Positions 38,591 to 45,451 of a DNA stretch of 64,000 nucleotides are shown in pieces. The stretch is from the NCBI GenBank assembly GCA_965248575.1, contig CBDFJQ010000002.1, positions 3,840,001 to 3,904,000 of the forward strand, written 5' to 3'. Within the stretch, counting starts at the first letter, position 1. Each line of letters opens with the position of its first letter. Source of the stretch: Planctomycetota bacterium (lineage in GTDB: Bacteria > Planctomycetota > B15-G4). The notes below the pieces were generated by a model. The model saw nothing but the letters and a program-made list of their open reading frames with translations, was not told where the DNA came from and made no database searches. The translations under genes and the position numbers were made by a program.

Positions 38591-39004
38591 TCAGCTGCGG
38601 GGCGGAGGCACGGGCGGCCGCTGTTTGCGGCTGTCCGGCGTGTACGTCTCGGAGACGCCTGGCGTGTTGAGCAGGGCCATTTCGACCAGCACCACGTCGG
38701 CCCACTCGGTCTGCAACGGGCCGGCCGGCGAGGCTGGCGCGCTGCGCGGAGCGGGCGGGGTGCAGCCGAAGCCACTGACGAGCTTGTTGAACCCTGTCAC
38801 GGAGCCGGTGGGGCTGGTCTCGCAACAACAGCTGGGTTCCGCTGAAGGTGGGCAGCCGCACATGTCAACGCAGCTCACGGACCCGTCAGATGCTCCGACA
38901 CCCATGGACGCGGGAAGCACCGGCTGGAAACTGCCCAGCAGGGACAGCGCCAAAGCCAGGTAGGCGACGTACTTCGAGAAGAGTGTAAGCGTGGTCTCGG
39001 ACAT
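38591..39004 (-). CDS. Cys-rich exported-type small protein with C-terminal polyproline; candidate CutF/CruR(DUF2946)-like leader
   Basis: Hydrophobic N-terminus, CVDMCGC...CCC, ends RPPVPPPRS; upstream of and co-oriented with the barrel gene. Confidence 0.65.
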   Translation of the reverse strand: MSETTLTLFSKYVAYLALALSLLGSFQPVLPASMGVGASDGSVSCVDMCGCPPSAEPSCCCETSPTGSVTGFNKLVSGFGCTPPAPRSAPASPAGPLQTEWADVVLVEMALLNTPGVSETYTPDSRKQRPPVPPPRS

Positions 39005-39084
39005 GTCGGCTCGAAAGTGTATCGCGAATCCGTTTCAAACGGCCACGCTTGTTCAGCAGTCCATCTTGTGGAGAGCCCTGACTC

Positions 39085-39822
39085 ATGAACGAGACCCTGA
39101 AGATCATGGCGCGCCACCGAAGCGTGCGTGCCTACCGCCCCGACCCGGTCCCCGACGCCGAGATCCGCAGAGCCGTGCAAGCGGCCCAGCAGGCTGCCAC
39201 CTCCAGCTGGATCCAGGCCTATTCCTTGCTTCAGGTCGAGGATCGGGAGGAGCGCCGACAATTGGTCGAGCTGACGGGTGGGCAGGAGCAAGTCGCTGCT
39301 GCGGGGGCTTTCTTCGTGATCGCCGCGGACGTACGCCGGCATCGGCGTGTCGCTGAGCGGCTCAAGAAGCCGTATTCGAGCAACCTGGAGACCTTCCTGT
39401 TGGCCGTCGTGGACGCCAGTCTGTTTGCACAGAACCTCACCCTGGCCTTCGAGTCCATGGGTTACGGCACCTGCTACATCGGTGGGCTGAGGACGCGCCT
39501 GCCGGAGGTCGATCGCCTGTTGGAGATCCCCAATGGGGTCTGGCCGCTCTTCGGCTTGTGCGTGGGGACGCCCGACCCCGGCCATCCGACGGGCGTGCGC
39601 CCGCGCTTGCCGGTGGAGGCGGTCTGGATGAAGGGCCGCTACGCCGAGCAGGCCAGCATGGACGTGTTCATCGATGAGCACGATCGGCGGGCGTCCGAGC
39701 ACTATGCCGAGCGGGGATTGCCCGGACGCAACTGGACCGGCGGCATCTGGCGCAAATTCGCCAAGCCGGTGCGAGAGCATCTCCACGCCTACTACACGAG
39801 CAAGGGAGCGGAGCTCAGGTAG
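39085..39822 (+). CDS. NADPH-dependent nitroreductase/flavin reductase (NfsA/Frp family)
   Basis: HRSVRAY, AATSSWIQAYS, GGQEQV, AQN...AFESMGYGTCYIGGLR, RPRLP. Confidence 0.92.
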   Translation: MNETLKIMARHRSVRAYRPDPVPDAEIRRAVQAAQQAATSSWIQAYSLLQVEDREERRQLVELTGGQEQVAAAGAFFVIAADVRRHRRVAERLKKPYSSNLETFLLAVVDASLFAQNLTLAFESMGYGTCYIGGLRTRLPEVDRLLEIPNGVWPLFGLCVGTPDPGHPTGVRPRLPVEAVWMKGRYAEQASMDVFIDEHDRRASEHYAERGLPGRNWTGGIWRKFAKPVREHLHAYYTSKGAELR

Positions 39823-39896
39823 GGCAGCCTGCCCTGGATGTCACTCACTCCCCTATGATGGCGGCCCGTTTGTTCCCTCTCTCTTCATGCGCACCC

Positions 39897-41114
39897 ATGC
39901 TCGCACTCCTAGCTTCGCTCCTGGTGGTCCTCAGAGCCTCGGTCCTTTCAGCCGGGGTCGTCTTGGCTGGCAGCTCCGATCCCCAGGCGGTTGCAGTCCT
40001 GGAGAAGGCGCGCGCGGCTTTCCGCGCCGTTCCGCAGATCCAGTATTCGTTCCGGTTGAGCAACTCGGGGACGGCCGCAGCCCAAACGGCTGCAATCGAT
40101 GGCATGGTGCGTTTGCTACCAACTGATGAACGGGGAGGCCCCTACCACTTCATGGCAGGCACCCTCACGTCGTCAGACCAAGAGCAGCCGCCACTTGAGT
40201 TCACCGTCGGTCGGATTGGCAGTCTCTACCAGGTGGCGAACCGTGAAGAGCGCGTGCTGATGCTGGCCTCTGGCGAAGAGGTCGGTTCACAGATGATCAG
40301 CTTCACGGATCCCATCCTGATCGAGAACTTCATCATCACCTCGCCCCTGGGTGTGGCCGGCGAGGGGGAGACGGTGTCTCTGGCTGGGACCGCGACCGTG
40401 GCTGGCGAGCTGTGCGACATCCTCGTGATCCCCGGCAAGCAAGGCGTGATCGCCCGCTGGTTCTTCGCCCGTTCCGATTCGCTGCCGAGAGCCGTGGAGC
40501 GGGATGTCCGGACCAGTGCTGGTGCGGGAGTGGTGCGCCTGGACATCCACTCCTTGATCACGACCGGTGAGCTGCAGCCCGAGGACTTCAAGCTGAGGGC
40601 GCCCGCAGGTTGGAGGACGGTCGACGTGAACGCCTTGAACGTGTCCCCCTTCGCGACGCCCGCGCCGCGCCGCATGCCGGACGGGTTGCTCATGCGCGGT
40701 GAGCAGGCGCCCGACTTCAAACTCTCCACCCCTGGCGGCGAGCAAGTGTCCTTGAATGACCTGCGCGGCGAGGTGGTGGTCTTGGACTTCTGGGCCACGT
40801 GGTGCCCTCCCTGCCGGAAAGCCATGCCCCACGTGCAGGCCCTGCACGAGGCCTACTCTGGTCAGGACGTGCGCGTGATCGGTGTCAGCACCAGCGAGCG
40901 TGGCGGTGACCCGGCACGCATGATGGCGAAGAAGGGCTTCGAGTACGGGCTGCTCCTGAAGGGGGAGCGGGTCGCTCCCATCTATGGCGTGACGGCCCTG
41001 CCGACTTTCTACGTGATCGACAAGGCCGGCGTCGTCGTGCATGCCTCCCGCGGTTTCAGCTCCCACGAGGAGAAGTCGATTCGTGCCACCATCGATGCCG
41101 CCCTTGCCCGCTGA
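39897..41114 (+). CDS. TlpA/ResA-family thiol-disulfide oxidoreductase with N-terminal LolA-like domain
   Basis: Signal peptide; APDFKL, LDFWATWCPPC, YGVTALPT. The N-terminal half shows a LolA-fold-like pattern ending PEDFKLRAPAG. Confidence 0.85.
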   Translation: MLALLASLLVVLRASVLSAGVVLAGSSDPQAVAVLEKARAAFRAVPQIQYSFRLSNSGTAAAQTAAIDGMVRLLPTDERGGPYHFMAGTLTSSDQEQPPLEFTVGRIGSLYQVANREERVLMLASGEEVGSQMISFTDPILIENFIITSPLGVAGEGETVSLAGTATVAGELCDILVIPGKQGVIARWFFARSDSLPRAVERDVRTSAGAGVVRLDIHSLITTGELQPEDFKLRAPAGWRTVDVNALNVSPFATPAPRRMPDGLLMRGEQAPDFKLSTPGGEQVSLNDLRGEVVVLDFWATWCPPCRKAMPHVQALHEAYSGQDVRVIGVSTSERGGDPARMMAKKGFEYGLLLKGERVAPIYGVTALPTFYVIDKAGVVVHASRGFSSHEEKSIRATIDAALAR

Positions 41115-41139
41115 GGCCGCGCGTTTCTCACGCATTGCG

Positions 41140-43962
41140 TTGCTCGTGTTGTTCATGAGCACGTTCTCGCCGTGCCTCGCGGCACAAAGTGCTGAACCGG
41201 GCCATGAACAGGACCAGCAGGAGGAGCCGGCGTGGAGGCGCGCACGGATCCCTGCGGCCTCGCTTCGCAAATTCGATCTGTCGCTCGTGCCAGAGGCCGA
41301 CACCCTGTTCGGCATCGTGTCGGACACCCACGTGGAGCCGACCCCGGCCCCTTTCAGCGCAGAGGGCATCGACGACCCCCGGCTGAAATTCCGGATCGGC
41401 ACGCCGTCGCTGACGAACAACGCGCGCTTCGTTCGTGCAGTGGAGCAGATCAATGCCCTCGGTGCCGACTTCACCGTGCATCTGGGGGACATCGTCCGTT
41501 CCATGCCGTTCGGCGTCAGCTTCGACCTGGAGGCGCAGCTCTCGCTCGACATCCTGAGCCAGCTCGAAGCGCCCTACTACCTAGCGCCGGGCAATCACGA
41601 CATCGGCAACAAGCCCAGTATGGGGTTGGCAGAGAAGCCTCCCATGAAACGCACGGTGTGTGACGAGAACACCGAGCTCTACCGCAGCTTCTTCGGGGAC
41701 CCCTTCCTTTCCTGGGACCACGCAGGCAGCCACTACATCGCCCTGAATACCATGGCGTTCAACTCCGGCATCGCTTGCGATGCCGAGCAATGGGCGTGGC
41801 TCCGAGCGGATCTGGAGGCAGCCAAGGAGGCCGAGCACATCTTCCTGTTCGGGCATGTGGCCCTGTACTGGGCCTCGCCAGAGGACATCGGTTTCCGGAA
41901 TTACGAAGTCATCGACGAGCCCGCCCGCTCCGAGCTTCTGGAGCTCGTCGAGCGTTATGACGTCGACGCGGTGTTCACCGGCCATACCCACCACATGTTC
42001 CGCAACAGGTATGGCGAGTCACAGCTGATCACTGCGCCCTCCACTGCCTTTGCGCGCAACACCTGGGCGCTCTACCCGCACATGCCTGCGCGCAGCATGG
42101 ACGCGGCCAAGTTGGCGTACCTCTTGGTGCGCGTGGGCGACGGCCGCGTCATCACGAACCACTTGCGCGTCGTGGAGGGCTTGCCCGCGGCCCAGAGCCC
42201 GCAGGCAGGTGTCCTGCCCGCGCCGTTGCGCGTGCTGACGCTGCAATCTGCCGAAGCAAAGGGCGCTTCCCTGCTGCTGGACGCACCCATCCCGGAGCAC
42301 GTCGAGGCGGGTTGGCAGGCACACGACCTCATCGACGGCCTGGTCTTGCAGCAGCCTGGGGTTCGGGATGGCCGCCACGCGTGGCGCACTTTCGTCGGCA
42401 GCGGCGCGGTGGAGCTTCCGGTGGAGTTGGGAGTGGAGCTGGCGCAGGAGCGGATGCTCGAACGGGTGCAGCTGCGGGGCCTGGGCTTCCAGCTGGATTG
42501 GATTCTCGAGACGAGCCGGGATGGTTCGACCTGGGAGTTCGCGGGGCGCGGGGAAGGCCAGGGCGAAGCCAGCGCGATGGCCGGGAGCAACGCGAGCAAG
42601 TTGGCCAGCCTGCTCGCGGTTGGACAGGTGGGCGAAGCGGGCGATGTGTCTGTGGAGCTGGAGTCCCGTGCAGCCCGCTTCGTGCGGCTGCGGGTCGAAG
42701 ACGAGATGCCAGCGCCGGGTCTTTTTGCACGCTTGATGTTGTCGGAGGTGGAGGCCCTGGATTCCGAGGGCATCAACTGGGCGGCCGCGCAGGAGGGGGC
42801 CAAAGCCTGGTCCACTGCGTTCGGCAGCACGCCCAGGGAGACGTATCGGGACCAGGCCTGGCTCGCGGCCTATGACATGGCGAATCGGCAGGTGCGTGTT
42901 TCAGCCGGAGGGCAGAGCCGTTGGGAGGCCGTAGAGCATCGGCTCGGCGCCTACCAACTGGCACACCCGCTGCGACGGGCCCTGGATGCCGGACGACGTG
43001 AGGGTCTGGAGTTGTGCTTGCCGTTGTCCTGGGAGCACCACGGCTACAGCGCGCAGTCCGAGGACGAGCGCTTGCTCGCCTTCGCTGCCTACTGTCGCTG
43101 GCTCGCAACGGAGCTCGGAGACGACGTCGCGTTCTGGGAGCTGCCCTTCGTGGAGCGAGACGAGCTGGGTTTGCCCGTTGGGCGGACCCTGGATGCGGAC
43201 GAATTCGTGCGCCTGTTCAGGGCCATGCGGATCGAGGTGTTGGCGGTGCTGCCCCAGACACGCTTCGCCGTGAGCGGACTGCCGCTCGGAAACCCGCGCG
43301 TGCTGACGAGCCTGATCGAGCAGCTAGGCCCGATGGTGGACCGGCTCTCTGTGGACCCCCCCCAGGACCAGCTGGTGACGAGCGACGATGCGCTCCTGAG
43401 CATGCTCCAATACCTGCGGCCCTTCCTTCGTGCCCATCCCGATGTCGAGTGGTCGCTGGATCTGCGGCCCTTGGAGGTGTCGGGCGCTCCTGCCCTGGGC
43501 GCCTTGCGCGTGGCCCGTGCATTCCTTCGCTCGCAAGCTGAAGGCATCCGGCTCGGGCTGCGCCTCGACGGCCTCAGCGGCTTGTTGGACGCCGTGGATG
43601 ATCCCTACCCCGCGTTCTATTCCTTGCGTCTCCTGGCCACACTCTTCGATGGCGACCTGAAACCTGTGCCGAACGCACCGGTCTTCCTGGAGGGTGACGA
43701 TTTCGTACAGGATGCGTATCAGCGCGAAGACGGCAGCTGGCTGTTGGCCGCATGGTCCAACCGGAGGGTCGAGGAGCACCGCGCCGAGCTCGTGCTGCCT
43801 GCTGGCATGACGGCGACTGCCTACGACACCCAGAGTTGCACGAGCCAGGAGCTGCGCGTCACGCAGCCCGACCTCGAGGGCACGACTGAGGAGGAGGGGC
43901 AGCAGGCTCGGGCGCTGGGTGTCTTGCTACGCGAGCACCCGGTGGTGTACCTGGTGCGCTAA
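41140..43962 (+). CDS. Metallophosphoesterase fused to discoidin-like and glycoside-hydrolase-like domains; start uncertain
   Basis: SDTH, HLGD, GNHD, GHTH motifs; LETSRDGSTW and ARFVRLRV (F5/8 C-like); C-terminal WEAVE..GAY...FAAYCRWLA. Confidence 0.78.
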   Translation: MLVLFMSTFSPCLAAQSAEPGHEQDQQEEPAWRRARIPAASLRKFDLSLVPEADTLFGIVSDTHVEPTPAPFSAEGIDDPRLKFRIGTPSLTNNARFVRAVEQINALGADFTVHLGDIVRSMPFGVSFDLEAQLSLDILSQLEAPYYLAPGNHDIGNKPSMGLAEKPPMKRTVCDENTELYRSFFGDPFLSWDHAGSHYIALNTMAFNSGIACDAEQWAWLRADLEAAKEAEHIFLFGHVALYWASPEDIGFRNYEVIDEPARSELLELVERYDVDAVFTGHTHHMFRNRYGESQLITAPSTAFARNTWALYPHMPARSMDAAKLAYLLVRVGDGRVITNHLRVVEGLPAAQSPQAGVLPAPLRVLTLQSAEAKGASLLLDAPIPEHVEAGWQAHDLIDGLVLQQPGVRDGRHAWRTFVGSGAVELPVELGVELAQERMLERVQLRGLGFQLDWILETSRDGSTWEFAGRGEGQGEASAMAGSNASKLASLLAVGQVGEAGDVSVELESRAARFVRLRVEDEMPAPGLFARLMLSEVEALDSEGINWAAAQEGAKAWSTAFGSTPRETYRDQAWLAAYDMANRQVRVSAGGQSRWEAVEHRLGAYQLAHPLRRALDAGRREGLELCLPLSWEHHGYSAQSEDERLLAFAAYCRWLATELGDDVAFWELPFVERDELGLPVGRTLDADEFVRLFRAMRIEVLAVLPQTRFAVSGLPLGNPRVLTSLIEQLGPMVDRLSVDPPQDQLVTSDDALLSMLQYLRPFLRAHPDVEWSLDLRPLEVSGAPALGALRVARAFLRSQAEGIRLGLRLDGLSGLLDAVDDPYPAFYSLRLLATLFDGDLKPVPNAPVFLEGDDFVQDAYQREDGSWLLAAWSNRRVEEHRAELVLPAGMTATAYDTQSCTSQELRVTQPDLEGTTEEEGQQARALGVLLREHPVVYLVR

Positions 43963-43981
43963 CTGGTGTGCTCGTGCGGCG

Positions 43982-44263
43982 TCAGGCGTCGACGAGGTGC
44001 ACGACTCGCGTGACCTCGGCGCGGGGGATGGCGGCCCCGTTGTTGGAGACGGCGAAACCGAACTTCTTGCTCTTGGCCACCCAGTCATCCGAGCTGTCGG
44101 GGTCATGGGATGTGTCATGGACGGCCACGCCCATCATGTGGACGACGCCCTCTGACTCTTCGCCCCAGCGCCCGATGTAGGTACGCGTGCCGTTCGTGAA
44201 CACCACCACGGTCTTGCCGTGGAGGTCGTCATGCCCTGGGTGAAAAACGCCGTCGTGTGCCAT
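43982..44263 (-). CDS. Hypothetical 93-aa protein, possible Sm-like beta fold
   Basis: MAHDGVFHPGHDDLHGKTVVVFT...YIGRW...IPRAEVTRV; GC-typical codon use. Confidence 0.65.
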   Translation of the reverse strand: MAHDGVFHPGHDDLHGKTVVVFTNGTRTYIGRWGEESEGVVHMMGVAVHDTSHDPDSSDDWVAKSKKFGFAVSNNGAAIPRAEVTRVVHLVDA

Positions 44264-44348
44264 GCCAAGGAACTTAGCGGTGAGGCGCAGGCGCTGTCCA
44301 GTCAACGCCCGCCCGACAAAGGCCGGGCGAGGCGTTGGGAAGCAGAGA

Positions 44349-44870
44349 TCAGGCGGACTCGAAGGGGTCCACGTCGGCGGTGGGGCCATAAACGGAGGGG
44401 ACCGGCACGTCGAGCAGACGCAGGTAGACCGTCAGTTGCCCCCGATGGTGGTAGAGGTGGTTGAACAGGAAGCTGCGCAGAGCCGCGCTGCGAGGCAGGC
44501 TCATGAGGTGCTTGCCCTCCTTGGCGACCTTCCACTCGCTGGCGAGCTCTTCGGCAGACCAGTTCTGGAGCGCGTGGCGTGCGGTGGCCAGGCTGGCATC
44601 AAAGTCATGGAGCAGCGCTTCGCTGGAGCTGGCCTCGCTGAAGCCCTGGCCATCGGCGAAGTCGAAATGGTCTTGGCCGAGCATCTCTGCCAGCCGCCCC
44701 GGGATGTCCGCCACATGCTGGGCCTGCTCTCCCAGGGAGAGGGAACGGGGGTGAGGCTTCCAGCCCAACTTGTCCGCGGGAAGGGCGGCCAGAACGCTCC
44801 GGGTGGCTTGGGACTCCTGGTCCAGCTCGGCCAGCAGGGCAGCAGCTGCGGGGAGGGAGGCGGTGGTCAT
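44349..44870 (-). CDS. DinB family protein
   Basis: WKPHPRS..LG....HVA and NHLYHHRGQLTVYLR. Confidence 0.9.
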   Translation of the reverse strand: MTTASLPAAAALLAELDQESQATRSVLAALPADKLGWKPHPRSLSLGEQAQHVADIPGRLAEMLGQDHFDFADGQGFSEASSSEALLHDFDASLATARHALQNWSAEELASEWKVAKEGKHLMSLPRSAALRSFLFNHLYHHRGQLTVYLRLLDVPVPSVYGPTADVDPFESA

Positions 44871-44906
44871 GGGGGGCCTTTCGGTAGGGATTCGTGAGAT
44901 CGCGCT

Positions 44907-44969
44907 AGTCACTTCACTTTCAGGAGTTATTGACTCTAGGGCAGTCACTTCAAAAAGGCAAGTGACTGC
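44907..44969. promoter_or_regulatory. Candidate HxlR operator pair
   Basis: Perfect GCAGTCACTT-N9-AAGTGACTGC at 44941-44969 and degenerate TCACTT-N9-GAGTTA at 44909-44929, in the divergent intergenic region. Confidence 0.7.
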
Positions 44970-44989
44970 TTTCCGGTTAGGCTTTGGGT

Positions 44990-45412
44990 ATGTCCCCTGA
45001 ATCCGACGAGCCCTGTCTGCGATCCGCCTGCCCCCTGGCTGCCGCCCTGGACTTGCTCGGAGACCGCTGGTCGCTGCTGGTCCTGCGAGACGTGCTGCTG
45101 TTCGGGAAATCCCTGTTCCAGGAGTTCCTGGCGTGCCCGGAGGGGATCTCCAGCAACACCCTGGCGGACCGTCTCAAGCGCTTGGAGGCCGCGGGGGTCC
45201 TGCAGCGGGAGCCCTATCAGGATCGGCCCGTCCGCTACCGCTACACGCCGACCCAGAAGGGGCGGGACCTGCTTCCGCTCATGCGCGAGGCGATTCTGTG
45301 GGGCGGCAAGCATGTGCCTGGAGCACACCAGGCCACCCCCGAGCAGCTGGACGAAATGGAGGCAACGGTGCGCGCGTCGGGCGAGGGACCTTCGACGGCG
45401 CCCGACGCCTGA
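44990..45412 (+). CDS. HxlR/DUF24 family transcriptional regulator
   Basis: RSACPLAAALDLLGDRWSLLVLRD, GISSNTLADRLKRLE, Y..TQKGRDL. Confidence 0.93.
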   Translation: MSPESDEPCLRSACPLAAALDLLGDRWSLLVLRDVLLFGKSLFQEFLACPEGISSNTLADRLKRLEAAGVLQREPYQDRPVRYRYTPTQKGRDLLPLMREAILWGGKHVPGAHQATPEQLDEMEATVRASGEGPSTAPDA

Positions 45413-45451
45413 TCGAAGTCGGAAGCGCGTCCTGGCAGGCTTCCTGCCGGA

